Shown piece after piece: positions 1-8,962 of a stretch of 57,677 nucleotides of DNA (position 1 is the first letter of the stretch; each line of letters begins with the position of its first letter). The notes beneath the pieces were generated by a model, which ran no database searches, was not told the origin of the DNA, and saw only the letters and a program-made list of their open reading frames with translations. Where the stretch lies: sequence record HM208303; one strand, given 5' to 3'. This stretch comes from Escherichia phage vB_EcoP_24B. The translations under genes and the position numbers were made by a program.

Positions 1-160
1 TTAATACTTGTATTCATTATATCCATTTAACTAAGAGGACGTTGTTGCGTATTGATTTTGGTTGTTCACCATATGACTGATAATACCGTCTTTATGGTTT
101 TAAAATCAAGGTGTAAGTTCGTTTTTGTTCATGGTTGATTATCTTCTTTTGCGTTGAAAA

Positions 161-1405
161 GTGTTTTGTTCACTTGCTAATGCGTACATATTGAGTACAG
201 AATACATTATAAACTTGTGTACAGGATATAAAGCATTGGCACTGAGTGACACCAAACTACGAGGCCTATACGGAAAACCCTACTCTGGCCCTGCTGAAAT
301 CACCGATGGTGACGGGTTAAGTGTGCGGATTACTCCAGCAGGAACTATCACGTTTCAGTACCGTTATCGCTGGAATGGTAAGCCAGTACGTCTTACTGTC
401 GGGCGCTATCCGTCCACTTCACTGAAGGACGCACGTGTTATCGTCGGTGAGATGCGCGCATTGTACATGAAGGGAGTTAACCCTAAAAATTATTTTGCCC
501 CCAGTGATGGCGAATTGACATTAAAAGAATGCCTGGATCAGTGGTGGGATAAGTATGTTAGCGGCCTGAAACCCAATACTCAGACGCTTTATAGATCTGT
601 TGTGTACAACACTATGTACACACAGTTTGAAGACTCGCCAGTTGCCGGTATCCCTGTATCGGCTTGGGCTCGCTTTTTTGACAAGCAAGAAAGCCTCAAC
701 AAGAAAAAGGCTCGTGTTCTGTTGTTACAACTGCGTTCAGTTATTAACTGGTGTATCAGCCGCCAGTTAATCCCATCATGCGAATTACTCAAACTTAGTG
801 TAAAGAATATTGGGAAGAAACCAGATGTGGGGAGTCGCGTACTTACCTATACGGAACTGGCAAAGATCTGGCTGACACTGGAGAACTCAAAAGTGGTTAC
901 TTCCAACAAGCTGTTACATCAATTGCTATTGCTATGGGGGGCCAGGCTTTCTGAGCTACGTCTCGCTACAGCCAGTGAGTTCAACATGGAAGATCTGGTC
1001 TGGACAACCCCTAAAGAGCATTCAAAGATGGGTAATATTATCCGGCGTCCGATATTTACTCAGGTTGAGCCTTATATTGAGCGATTGCTTAATATCGGAT
1101 TTGATGTGCTGTTCCCTGGGCAGGAAATAGATAAACCTATTGACCGTTCGTCTGCTAATTTGTACATGAAAAAACTCAGGGCGAAAATTGATATTCCTGA
1201 ATGGAGAACGCATGATTTTAGGCGTTCTCTGGTAACGAATTTATCTGGGGAAGGAATTATGCCCCACGTCACTGAAAAAATGCTGGGGCATGAACTGGGA
1301 GGAGTGATGGCCGTGTATAATAAACACGACTGGTTGTCGGAACAGAAAGATGCGTATGAGTTGTATGCTGATAAAATTTTCTGGCACGCTAAACAGCTCG
1401 GTTAA
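161..1405 (+). CDS. int: Tyrosine recombinase / phage integrase (P4 / CP4-57 IntA-like)
   Basis: 414-codon ORF; N-terminal LSDTKLRGLYGKP region and C-terminal HDFRRS...LGH...Y context typical of tyrosine integrases. Codon 161 is GTG, so the true start is uncertain within the first ~70 nt. Opposite in orientation to the early-left operon. Confidence 0.85.
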   Translation: MFCSLANAYILSTEYIINLCTGYKALALSDTKLRGLYGKPYSGPAEITDGDGLSVRITPAGTITFQYRYRWNGKPVRLTVGRYPSTSLKDARVIVGEMRALYMKGVNPKNYFAPSDGELTLKECLDQWWDKYVSGLKPNTQTLYRSVVYNTMYTQFEDSPVAGIPVSAWARFFDKQESLNKKKARVLLLQLRSVINWCISRQLIPSCELLKLSVKNIGKKPDVGSRVLTYTELAKIWLTLENSKVVTSNKLLHQLLLLWGARLSELRLATASEFNMEDLVWTTPKEHSKMGNIIRRPIFTQVEPYIERLLNIGFDVLFPGQEIDKPIDRSSANLYMKKLRAKIDIPEWRTHDFRRSLVTNLSGEGIMPHVTEKMLGHELGGVMAVYNKHDWLSEQKDAYELYADKIFWHAKQLG

Positions 1406-1571
1406 TTCCTCCGGATTTAAGCCATTGTTCAACGGCCTGACGGCTATATCGCGCCGGATGAGTAAGTACTGGATCAGGGAATCCGTGTTTTTTTCGCAAA
1501 TTATACAAAGCTGTGCGCCTTTTTTGTAACAACTCAGAAACTTCTTTTTCGGTCATTAAGTTGATTTCCAT
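1389..1571 (-). CDS. alpA: AlpA-family excisionase / DNA-binding regulator
   Basis: 60 aa, MerR-like HTH (EKEVSELLQKRRTALYNLRKKHGFP); adjacent to and convergent with int. Confidence 0.7.
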   Translation of the reverse strand: MEINLMTEKEVSELLQKRRTALYNLRKKHGFPDPVLTHPARYSRQAVEQWLKSGGINRAV

Positions 1572-1612
1572 AGTATGCTCTCCTTTTCTACATGTTTTTC
1601 AACAGCATAATA

Positions 1613-1630
1613 AACCGCCCGAAGGCGGTT
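1613..1630 (-). terminator. Hairpin (AACCGCC-CGAA-GGCGGTT) followed on the minus strand by a U-rich tract
   Basis: Perfect 7-bp stem seen directly; lies just downstream of the minus-strand ORF ending at 1632. Confidence 0.4.
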
Positions 1631-1631
1631 G

Positions 1632-1883
1632 TTAGTTGATTGATGTACGGCGCATTTTTCGAAGGCTGGCAATATGCTTTTCCTTCTCAATTTCCGCTTT
1701 AATCATATGCAGTTCGTTGTGCTCTATTCGCTCAAATTCTTCATTAAATGCACCAATTGAAGTGGCTCTGGTTCTGCCGTCGAGCCTTCGGTAGATCACC
1801 TGAGTCAGAGTTACCTTGCATATTTCTACCGGATAGTTGTTGGCATCAACGAAAGACTGCCCGCGCTGGATCAGGACGAACAC
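1632..1883 (-). CDS. Hypothetical protein (83 aa)
   Basis: ORF whose start overlaps the end of the upstream minus-strand ORF; no recognisable motif. Confidence 0.4.
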   Translation of the reverse strand: MFVLIQRGQSFVDANNYPVEICKVTLTQVIYRRLDGRTRATSIGAFNEEFERIEHNELHMIKAEIEKEKHIASLRKMRRTSIN

Positions 1884-2251
1884 TGGTTGTATTCCTTGAG
1901 TGCCATATCATAAACACGGCATGCCGAGAGGTGTGTTGTAGTCAACGTCGTTCGTATCCTGAAAAGTCCATGTGTTGTGACGGTAACTTCCGGGGCTTTG
2001 AGTTTCACTGCATCAACGATATGCTGATGTTTGCGGCTTTCGAATATAGAGCTGGAGATAACCACACTTGCTGTTAAACCGTAACTTTCAAATGTGATTT
2101 TCATGTCATTATCCTCGCAGTTAGCCGGGCAACAAAAATAAATAATGTTGTTCCTGCGAATAACAGGATACCGCCCGTCATTAGAGAAAGGAAAAACAAT
2201 ATTAATGTACGCGGTTTGTTTCTCAAAATATTCTCTCTGTGATTCGCTCAC
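1871..2251 (-). CDS. Hypothetical protein (126 aa; alternative 77-aa form from ATG at 2103 preceded by GAGGA)
   Basis: ATGA overlap with the upstream ORF at 2248-2251; internal ATG at 2103 has a strong Shine-Dalgarno sequence. Confidence 0.45.
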   Translation of the reverse strand: MSESQREYFEKQTAYINIVFPFSNDGRYPVIRRNNIIYFCCPANCEDNDMKITFESYGLTASVVISSSIFESRKHQHIVDAVKLKAPEVTVTTHGLFRIRTTLTTTHLSACRVYDMALKEYNQCSS

Positions 2252-2646
2252 TCTGACAATTCGTTGATCAAGTCACGGTATTTATTCAGTTCTTGCAGCG
2301 CCTTACATGCACCCTCCCATCGTTTCTGTTTCCGCCCGGCGCGGCGCGCTTCTTTCCGTGATTTACGTAGCAGGTCACCTATAATGTTGTGCTGCACTGG
2401 CTGCACTGGCTGCACTGGCTGCACTGGCTGCACTGGCTGCACTGGCTGCACTGGGGCGATATTTGGTTTTTTGTCCACTTCCCTTGCAACTGCCTGCCAG
2501 ATGCCATTTTTTACAGTTACTACCCCCTGGTTTTTTAACTTCCATAGAGTGTCAATAACGTCATTCAAATCAATATTGAGACCTTTAGAAATACTTTCGG
2601 CTGATGCTTTTCCTAATTTGTTCAATTCTGTGAGCACTGCGTTCAT
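2248..2646 (-). CDS. Small putative DNA-binding protein with a (Pro-Val-Gln)x7 linker
   Basis: 132-aa ORF; N-terminal HTH-like region, central PVQ x7 encoded by a 9-bp tandem repeat, basic C-terminus (RKSRKEARRAGRKQKR). Confidence 0.6.
   Translation of the reverse strand: MNAVLTELNKLGKASAESISKGLNIDLNDVIDTLWKLKNQGVVTVKNGIWQAVAREVDKKPNIAPVQPVQPVQPVQPVQPVQPVQHNIIGDLLRKSRKEARRAGRKQKRWEGACKALQELNKYRDLINELSE
2392..2454. repeat. Perfect 9-bp tandem repeat CTGCACTGG x7 (in-frame, encodes PVQ on the minus strand)
   Basis: Counted directly in the sequence. Confidence 0.95.
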
Positions 2647-2681
2647 TTTTTTCTCCTGATATTTTAATGTCGGTGGGGCTG

Positions 2682-2897
2682 TTATACGGTTGGTGAGGTG
2701 TCAGCTTCTTCTACCAGCTTTTCCAGTTCATCCAGCTTTCGGGAAAGAATTTCACCAAACAGATGAAGTTCTGCATCTGCTGTAATCGGGATTGGAACAA
2801 ATCGTATTCCACTTCTGGCAAGTTGCAGGTTAGCCACGGTTAACCTCCTGCGGCGGTTCCGGTAGCGGCATCCAGTGTGACGGTTTCCACGACGCAC
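2682..2897 (-). CDS. Small protein, paralog of the lambda orf63-like ORF at 4344-4535
   Basis: Shares the RFVPIPxxxDxExH motif with the 4344-4535 ORF; overlaps the upstream ORF by 68 nt. Confidence 0.45.
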   Translation of the reverse strand: MRRGNRHTGCRYRNRRRRLTVANLQLARSGIRFVPIPITADAELHLFGEILSRKLDELEKLVEEADTSPTV

Positions 2898-3735
2898 CAG
2901 GAATTATCCACCCATCATTAGCGTCAGGATGCCCCGGGATGTAAGTCGCCCACTTCATTCGCCAGTCACCTTTCCTGTCAAACTCCACGGCAACAAGAAC
3001 GGCTGTTTTGGTATCCGGCATTCGCTCACTACAACTTATCCAACCATCCGGAGTTACCGGAGAGTTGCCAGACAGCGCATTCTGCAACCGTTCCAGCTTA
3101 ACGTATTCCTGAACCCTGTTTCCGTCGCACGCCTGAAGCCATTGCTCAGCCTTTTGCGCATCAGTGTGAAAGGCACAAGTGCGACCGTCATCAAATTGCA
3201 TTTCGTAGAGGTTAGCAATCTGTTCAAACTGCGTGTGTGGCAACTTGTAAGTTTGGCTTACGAGTTCGGCTTCCAGTTCTGCTATGCGCTTCTCTGATGC
3301 TTCAAGTAACGCCTGCTTATCGCGTAGCGCTTCTTCCAGTTCAGCAACATGGCATTCACTATCAATAAGGTTGTTCTCTGCTGCTCCCAGCTCAACTCTC
3401 AGCTTCCCAACCGTAAGCGCAATCTCCTCGTTCTCCTGGTCGCGGCGTTTGATGTATTGCTGGTTTCTTTCCTGTTCATCCAGCAGTGCCAGCACGGTAG
3501 CCGGGTTAGCCTCTGCTATGAATTCAGCGTTTGCATAAGCCTGATCATCTGATTCAATCAGGCAGTTAACATGACATTCCGCAATCACGCCACCGGGTTC
3601 TCCTTTCCATTTTTGGCAAACAAAAACTCCTGTTAAATTGCCGTGCTGGTTAACAGATGTATGCCCTACGATGTAGCTTCCTTTAGTTGCTTTCTCTGCC
3701 TTTTCACGCAGTGCCTGATAATTAATTTCGCTCAC
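2830..3735 (-). CDS. Ead/Ea22-like early protein with C-terminal DUF551-like domain
   Basis: 301 aa; coiled-coil middle; C-terminal DGWISCSERMPD...WMPLPEPP resembles DUF551 as recalled from lambdoid early regions. Confidence 0.6.
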   Translation of the reverse strand: MSEINYQALREKAEKATKGSYIVGHTSVNQHGNLTGVFVCQKWKGEPGGVIAECHVNCLIESDDQAYANAEFIAEANPATVLALLDEQERNQQYIKRRDQENEEIALTVGKLRVELGAAENNLIDSECHVAELEEALRDKQALLEASEKRIAELEAELVSQTYKLPHTQFEQIANLYEMQFDDGRTCAFHTDAQKAEQWLQACDGNRVQEYVKLERLQNALSGNSPVTPDGWISCSERMPDTKTAVLVAVEFDRKGDWRMKWATYIPGHPDANDGWIIPGASWKPSHWMPLPEPPQEVNRG

Positions 3736-3953
3736 TTCGAACCTCTCTGTTTACTGATAAGCTCCAGATCCTCCTGGCAACTTGCACAAGTCCGACAACC
3801 CTGAACGGCCAGGCGTCTTCGCTCATCTATGGGATCGCCACACTCGCAACAATGAGTGGCAGATATAGCCTGGTGGTTCAGGCGGCGCATTTTTATTGCT
3901 GTGTTGCGCTGTAATTCTTCAATTTCTGATGCTGAATCAATGAGGTCTGCCAT
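3732..3953 (-). CDS. DksA/TraR-family C4 zinc-finger protein
   Basis: 73 aa with CxxC...CxxC (CCECGDPIDERRR...CRTCASCQ). Confidence 0.7.
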   Translation of the reverse strand: MADLIDSASEIEELQRNTAIKMRRLNHQAISATHCCECGDPIDERRRLAVQGCRTCASCQEDLELISKQRGSK

Positions 3954-4051
3954 CTTTCATTAATCCCTGAATTGTTGGTTAATACGCTTGAGGGTGAATG
4001 CGAATAATAAAAAAGGAGCCTGTAGCTCCCTGATGATTTTGCTTTTCATGT

Positions 4052-4333
4052 TCACCGTTCCTTAAAGACGCCGTTTAACATGCCGATCGCCAGACTTAAA
4101 TGAGTCGGTGTGAATCCCATTAGCGTTACCGTTTCGCGGTGCTTCTTCAGTACGCTACGGCAAATGTCATCGACGTTTTTATCCGGAAACTGCTGTCTGG
4201 CTTTTTTGATTTCAGAATTAGCCTGACGGGCAATGCTGCGAAGGGCGTTTTCCTGCTGAGGTGTCATTGAACAAGTCCCATGTCGGCAAGCATAAGCACA
4301 CAGAATATGAAGCCTGCTGCCAGAAAAATGCAT
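4052..4333 (-). CDS. Hypothetical early protein (likely start at 4267)
   Basis: ORF in the position of lambda orf61; internal Met (MTPQQEN...) is the more plausible start. Confidence 0.5.
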   Translation of the reverse strand: MHFSGSRLHILCAYACRHGTCSMTPQQENALRSIARQANSEIKKARQQFPDKNVDDICRSVLKKHRETVTLMGFTPTHLSLAIGMLNGVFKER

Positions 4334-4343
4334 TCTGTTGTTG

Positions 4344-4535
4344 TCATGCCGGGTCTCTCTCGTTTGCTTCTGCTTTCGCCGCCATCATTTCCAGCTTTTG
4401 TGAAAGGGATGTGGCTAACGTATGAAATTCTTCGTCTGTTTCTACTGGTATTGGCACAAACCTGACTCCAATTTGAGCGAGGCTATGTGCCATCCCGATA
4501 CTCGTTCTTAATTCAACAGGAGATGCTTTGTGCAT
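4344..4535 (-). CDS. Lambda orf63-like protein
   Basis: 63 aa; sequence recalled as close to lambda orf63 ([13 protein letters not shown]...RFVPIPVETDEEFH). Confidence 0.6.
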   Translation of the reverse strand: MHKASPVELRTSIGMAHSLAQIGVRFVPIPVETDEEFHTLATSLSQKLEMMAAKAEANERDPA

Positions 4536-4696
4536 ACAGCCCCTCGTTTATTATTTATCTCTTCAGCCAGCCGCTGTGCTTTCAGTGGATTTCGGATAAC
4601 AGAAAGGCCGGGAAATACCCAGCCTCGCTTTGTAACGGAGTAGACGAAAGTGATCGTGCCTACCCGGATATTATCGTGAGGATGCTTCATTACCAT
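4508..4696 (-). CDS. Lambda orf60a-like protein
   Basis: [11 protein letters not shown]...KHLLL matches lambda orf60a as recalled; start may be the ATG overlapping the exo stop (4690). Confidence 0.6.
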   Translation of the reverse strand: MVMKHPHDNIRVGTITFVYSVTKRGWVFPGLSVIRNPLKAQRLAEEINNKRGAVCTKHLLLN

Positions 4697-5367
4697 TGCT
4701 CCCCATATACAAAACCAATTTCAGCCAGTGCCTCGTCCATTTTTTCGATGAACTCCGGCACCATCTCGTCAAAACTCGCCATGTACTTTTCATTCCGCTC
4801 AATCACGACATAATGCAGGCCTTCACGCTTCATGCGCGGGTCATAGTTGGCAAAGTACCAGGCATCTTTTCGTGTCACCCACATGCTGTACTGCACCTGG
4901 GCCATGTAAGCCGATTTTATGGCCTCGAAACCACCGAGCCGGAACTTCATGAAATCCCGGGAGGTAAACGGGCATTTCAGCTCAAGGCCGTTGCCGTCAC
5001 TGCATAAACCATCGGGAGAGCAGGCGGTGCGCATACTTTCGTCGCGATAGATGATCGGGGATTCAGTAACATTCACGCCGGAAGTGAACTCAAAGAGGGT
5101 TCTGGCGTCGTTCTCGTACTGTTTTCCCCAGGCCAGAGCCTTAGCGTTAACTTCCGGAGCCACACCGGTGCAAACCTCAGCCAGCAGGGTGTGGAAGTAG
5201 GACATTTTCATGTCAGGCCACTTCTTTCCTGATCGGGGTTTTGCTATTACGTTGTGAATTTCTGAAGCTGTGATGACGCCGAGCCGTAATTTGTGCCACG
5301 CATCATCTCCCTGTTCGACAGCTCTCACGTCGATCCCAGTACGCTGCAGGATAATGTCCGGTGTCAT
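4690..5367 (-). CDS. exo: Lambda exonuclease (Red alpha)
   Basis: 225 aa, near-identical by recall to lambda Exo ([36 protein letters not shown]...). Confidence 0.95.
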   Translation of the reverse strand: MTPDIILQRTGIDVRAVEQGDDAWHKLRLGVITASEIHNVIAKPRSGKKWPDMKMSYFHTLLAEVCTGVAPEVNAKALAWGKQYENDARTLFEFTSGVNVTESPIIYRDESMRTACSPDGLCSDGNGLELKCPFTSRDFMKFRLGGFEAIKSAYMAQVQYSMWVTRKDAWYFANYDPRMKREGLHYVVIERNEKYMASFDEMVPEFIEKMDEALAEIGFVYGEQW

Positions 5368-6149
5368 GCTGCCACCTTCTGTTCAGTGGCTTTTTGTTTC
5401 AGGAATCCAAGAGCTTTTACTGCTTCGGCCTGTGTCAGTTCTGACGATGCACGAATGTCGCGGCGAAATATCTGGGAACAGAGCGGCAATAAGTCGTCAT
5501 CCCATGTTTTATCCAGGGCGATCAGCAGAGTGTTTATTTCCTGCATGGTTTCATCGTTAACCGGAGTGATGTCGCGTTCCGGCTGACGTTCTGCAGTGTA
5601 TGCGGTATTTTCGACAATGCGCTCGGCTTCATCCTTGTCATAGATACCAGCAAATCCGAAGGCGAGACGGGCACACTGAATCATGGCTTTATGACGTAAC
5701 ATCCGTTTGGGATGCGACTGCCACGGCCCCGTGATTTCTCTGCCTTCGCGGGTTTTGAATGGTTCGCGGCGGCATTCATCCATCCACTCGGTAACGCAGA
5801 TCGGATGATTACGGTCCTTGCGGTAAATCCGGCATGTGCAGGATTCATTGTCCTGCTCAAAGTCCATGCCATCAAACTGCTGGTTTTCGTTGATGATGCG
5901 GGACCAGCCATCAACGCCCACCACCGGAACGATGCCGTTCTGCTTATCAGGGAAGGCGTAAATTTCTTTCGTCCACGGATTAAGGCCGTACTGGTTGGCG
6001 ACGATCAGCAATGCGATGAACTGCGCATCGCTGGCATCACCTTTAAATGCCGTCTGGCGAAGAGTGGTGATCAGTTCCTGTGGGTCGACAGAATCCATGC
6101 CGACACGTTCAGCCAGCTTCCCAGCCAGCGTTGCGAGTGCTGTACTCAT
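5364..6149 (-). CDS. bet: Bet single-strand annealing protein (Red beta)
   Basis: 261 aa, near-identical by recall to lambda Bet ([37 protein letters not shown]...). Confidence 0.95.
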   Translation of the reverse strand: MSTALATLAGKLAERVGMDSVDPQELITTLRQTAFKGDASDAQFIALLIVANQYGLNPWTKEIYAFPDKQNGIVPVVGVDGWSRIINENQQFDGMDFEQDNESCTCRIYRKDRNHPICVTEWMDECRREPFKTREGREITGPWQSHPKRMLRHKAMIQCARLAFGFAGIYDKDEAERIVENTAYTAERQPERDITPVNDETMQEINTLLIALDKTWDDDLLPLCSQIFRRDIRASSELTQAEAVKALGFLKQKATEQKVAA

Positions 6150-6154
6150 CCGTT

Positions 6155-6451
6155 TTATACCTCTGAATCAATATCAACCTGGTGGTGAGCAATGGTTTCA
6201 ACCATGTACCGGATGTGTTCTGCCATGCGTTCCTGAAACTCAACATCGTCATCAAACGCACGGGTAATGGCTTTTTTGCTGGCCCCGTGGCGTTGCAAAT
6301 GATCGATGCATAGCGATTCAAACAGGTGCTGGGGCAGGCCTTTTTCCATGTCGTCTGCCAGTTCTGCCTCTTTCTCTTCACGGGCGATCTGCTGGTAGTG
6401 ACGCGCCCAGCTCTGAGCCTCAAGACGATCCTGAATGTAATAAGCGTTCAT
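6155..6451 (-). CDS. gam: Gam (RecBCD inhibitor)
   Basis: 98 aa matching the short form of lambda Gam ([21 protein letters not shown]...). Confidence 0.9.
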   Translation of the reverse strand: MNAYYIQDRLEAQSWARHYQQIAREEKEAELADDMEKGLPQHLFESLCIDHLQRHGASKKAITRAFDDDVEFQERMAEHIRYMVETIAHHQVDIDSEV

Positions 6452-6526
6452 GGCTGAACTCCTGAAAATGGCTGTGAAAATATCGCCCGCGAAATGCCAG
6501 GCTGATTAGGAAAACAGGAAATGGGG

Positions 6527-6670
6527 TTAGTGAATGCTTTTGCTTGATCTCAGTTTCAGCATTAATATCCATTTTTTATAAGCGTCGACAGCTTCACGAA
6601 ACATCTTTTCATCGCCAATAAAAGTGGCGATAGTGAATTTAGTCTGGATAGCCATAAGTGTTTGATCCAT
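6527..6670 (-). CDS. kil: Kil (host cell-division inhibitor)
   Basis: Internal Met of the 6527-6796 ORF gives 47 aa [36 protein letters not shown]..., matching lambda Kil as recalled. Confidence 0.8.
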   Translation of the reverse strand: MDQTLMAIQTKFTIATFIGDEKMFREAVDAYKKWILMLKLRSSKSIH

Positions 6671-6803
6671 TCTTTGGGACTCCTGGCTGATTAGGTATGT
6701 CGATAAGGCGTTTCCATCCGTCACGTAATTTACGGGTGATTCGTTCAAGTAAAGATTCGGAAGGGCAGCCAGCAACAGGCCACCCTGCAATGGCATATTG
6801 CAT
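6639..6803 (-). CDS. cIII: cIII (FtsH inhibitor, lysogeny promoting)
   Basis: Internal Met of the 6639-6875 ORF gives 54 aa MQYAIAGWPVAGCPSESLLERITRKLRDGWKRL..., matching lambda cIII. Confidence 0.85.
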   Translation of the reverse strand: MQYAIAGWPVAGCPSESLLERITRKLRDGWKRLIDIPNQPGVPKNGSNTYGYPD

Positions 6804-6875
6804 GGTGTGCTCCTTATTTATACATAACGAAAAACGCCTCGAGTGAAGCGTTATTGGTATGCGGTAAAGCCGCAC

Positions 6876-7244
6876 TCAGGCGGCCTTGATAGTCATATCA
6901 TCTGAATCAAATATTCCTGATGTATCGATATCGGTAATTCTTATTCCTTCGCTACCATCCATTGAAGGCCATCCTTCCTGACCATTTCCATCATTCCAGT
7001 CGAACTCACACACAACACCATATGCATTTAAGTCGCTTGAAATTGCTATAAGCAGAGCATGTTGCGCCAGCATGATTAATACAGCATTTAATACAGAGCC
7101 GTGTTTATTGAGTCGGTATTCAGAGTCTGACCAGAAATTATTAATCTGGTGAAGTTTTTCCTCTGTCATTACGTCATGGTCGATTTCAATTTCTATTGAT
7201 GCTTTCCAGTCGTAATCAATGATGTATTTTTTGATGTTTGACAT
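6876..7244 (-). CDS. ea10: Ea10-like early protein
   Basis: 122 aa matching lambda Ea10 as recalled (MSNIKKYIIDYDWKASIEIEIDHDVMTEEKLHQINNFW...). Confidence 0.8.
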   Translation of the reverse strand: MSNIKKYIIDYDWKASIEIEIDHDVMTEEKLHQINNFWSDSEYRLNKHGSVLNAVLIMLAQHALLIAISSDLNAYGVVCEFDWNDGNGQEGWPSMDGSEGIRITDIDTSGIFDSDDMTIKAA

Positions 7245-7394
7245 CTGTTCATATCCTCACAGATAAAAAATCGCCCTCACATTGGAGGGCAAAGAAGATT
7301 TCCAATAATCAGAACAAGTCGGCTCCTGTTTAGTTACGAGCGACATTGCTCCGTGTATTCACTCGTTGGAATGAATACACAGTGCTTATTCGTA

Positions 7395-7865
7395 CTAATA
7401 AAATACCCAATTTTCTGTTTCTTGGTTGTGTCCAAAGTTATATTCAATATCTGGTGTTGATGTATCAATATTCTTCATACCATCAACAAGAGTTGATACA
7501 ACAGCCAAATCTTGTTTGATTCTCATTAAATGGTATTTCTTCCGGCGCAATAAACTTTCAATGGCAAGTTTCTTCGTTGGGAATGCAAAAGATCTTTCTG
7601 CATTTTTTGCTACTTTCTTAATTGCATATCTATTTCTCCTTTGTTTCCATTCCTGTAACCACTGATTTGGTGCTGGTTTAAAATTAACAATCCAATGCGC
7701 AGGAACCAACCATGCATAATGCTCTGTCTGATGAAAAGCTATATATTGAAGTGCGAATATTTTTATCCCATCTTCTTCAACTGTCGCCTGGAATCTCCAG
7801 AAAACAGGCATTCCATCATGTTCAGTTTCTGATTCAGGAAAAGGTACGCTCCATGATTTTGTCAT
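7395..7865 (-). CDS. Hypothetical protein (156 aa) in an AT-rich island between ea10 and N
   Basis: ORF in the position of lambda ral/sieB; visibly AT-rich; no motif recognised. Confidence 0.6.
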   Translation of the reverse strand: MTKSWSVPFPESETEHDGMPVFWRFQATVEEDGIKIFALQYIAFHQTEHYAWLVPAHWIVNFKPAPNQWLQEWKQRRNRYAIKKVAKNAERSFAFPTKKLAIESLLRRKKYHLMRIKQDLAVVSTLVDGMKNIDTSTPDIEYNFGHNQETENWVFY

Positions 7866-7923
7866 ATCTCACCTCAAATAAGTGGTTTGCTGCCTAATTT
7901 CATTTTCTGGCGACCAACACAAG

Positions 7924-8307
7924 TCACCTCGCCGTCAGTTGTTTTGATTTCCGGTAGCCTGCCGCGTAAATGGCTACGTTTGGAAGACATACACCAGTTT
8001 CTGGTTGCTTATGTCCAAACTCATTCGCGTACACAATGGCCGCTCGCTCCAGATTGCGTCTGTATTCTTTCTGTTGCCAGATCACGTCCTGTGCCATGAA
8101 CTTAATTGGCTTAGCGTCTTCTATGCGCTCAGGCGTTTCGTGAGTACCTTTAGCCTGAATCTGCGCTCTGCTTAGAGTAGGGCGGTGTAATACTTCTGAA
8201 CTTATTGCTTCTTCGCGGGCCAGTACGCCGTTAGCTAATGCCTTTGCCTTTAAACGCTCACGACGACGAGAACGTGAATTGCCTTTGAACTGAGTTCTGC
8301 GTGTCAT
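7924..8307 (-). CDS. N: N-like transcription antiterminator
   Basis: 127 aa with an N-terminal arginine-rich motif (RRTQFKGNSRSRRRERLKAKA), first gene of the leftward early operon. Confidence 0.6.
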   Translation of the reverse strand: MTRRTQFKGNSRSRRRERLKAKALANGVLAREEAISSEVLHRPTLSRAQIQAKGTHETPERIEDAKPIKFMAQDVIWQQKEYRRNLERAAIVYANEFGHKQPETGVCLPNVAIYAAGYRKSKQLTAR

Positions 8308-8472
8308 ATAGACCTCCTGATGAACTTTGGTGGTGTGGTAGGTGGGAGACCCATTTCGACCTGTTTCGGCCTACTTCAATTCGGCAATAGTCCCGCAGGC
8401 CTCGCCGCTTTACGTGCGACATATTCCCGTCCATGAACCCTTCACCACACCCCAAAGTTCACTTTGGTTATT

Positions 8473-8487
8473 GCGCTTTGTCAGCGC
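8473..8487 (-). promoter_or_regulatory. Candidate nutL boxB hairpin (minus strand GCGCU-GACAA-AGCGC)
   Basis: 5-bp stem with a GACAA pentaloop in the N leader; a near-identical hairpin sits after cro at 11986-12000. Confidence 0.35.
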
Positions 8488-8777
8488 CGTAGATTCATAT
8501 TCGAATCGTTGTATATTCACCGCCCTGGTGAGTAATGCGTCCTGCTGACGACGATAATAATGAACCAATAGTTCGACATTATCAAGAACTATTGGTACGA
8601 ATTTTGGTGATTTATTAACTCTACGAAGTATGATTCTGATATATAAGGAAATTTATTTTTGAAAATGTGGCTGATGAAGGTTATGCGGCAGGGATCATAA
8701 CTGCATGGTTTAGCGAGTTACATCAATAAATACAATTGGTTATGTTTTTTAGGTGGGCGAACGTGAGGCAAAGAAAA

Positions 8778-8795
8778 CCCGGCGCTGAGGCCGGG
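8778..8795 (-). terminator. Intrinsic terminator closing the cI-kinase operon
   Basis: CCCGGC-GCTGAG-GCCGGG hairpin followed on the minus strand by UUUUCUUU; immediately after the 54-codon ORF. Confidence 0.5.
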
Positions 8796-8960
8796 CTAGA
8801 TTTTAAAGTATTTATCTTTTAGAGATGTAGATGTAAAACTTTTCGCCTTTGAAAATTTTTTGTCATCAGAAGGGCTTATGAACTCATCTTTTTTGTAGGG
8901 AACCGCTAATGCTGCATCACGTCTGCGAGGCAGCTTGCTTACTTCCTCGCGCTTTTTCAT
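8796..8960 (-). CDS. Small Lys-rich ORF (54 aa) directly downstream of the kinase
   Basis: Hand-translated MKKREEVSKLPRRRDAALAVPYKKDEF...; ATG 2 nt after the kinase stop, AGGA about 9 nt upstream; below the ORF-track length cutoff. Confidence 0.3.
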   Translation of the reverse strand: MKKREEVSKLPRRRDAALAVPYKKDEFISPSDDKKFSKAKSFTSTSLKDKYFKI

Positions 8961-8962
8961 GA

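Noticed and set aside
1748-2077. 109-aa plus-strand ORF near int
   Set aside because: Antisense to the minus-strand operon 2646-1632; Cys/Arg-rich low-complexity translation with no start context.
2392-2454. Tandem repeats considered as a possible CRISPR array (also 12839-12902 and 29041-29088)
   Set aside because: Units are 9-21 bp, contiguous or nearly so, with no unique spacers, and lie in frame within coding sequence.
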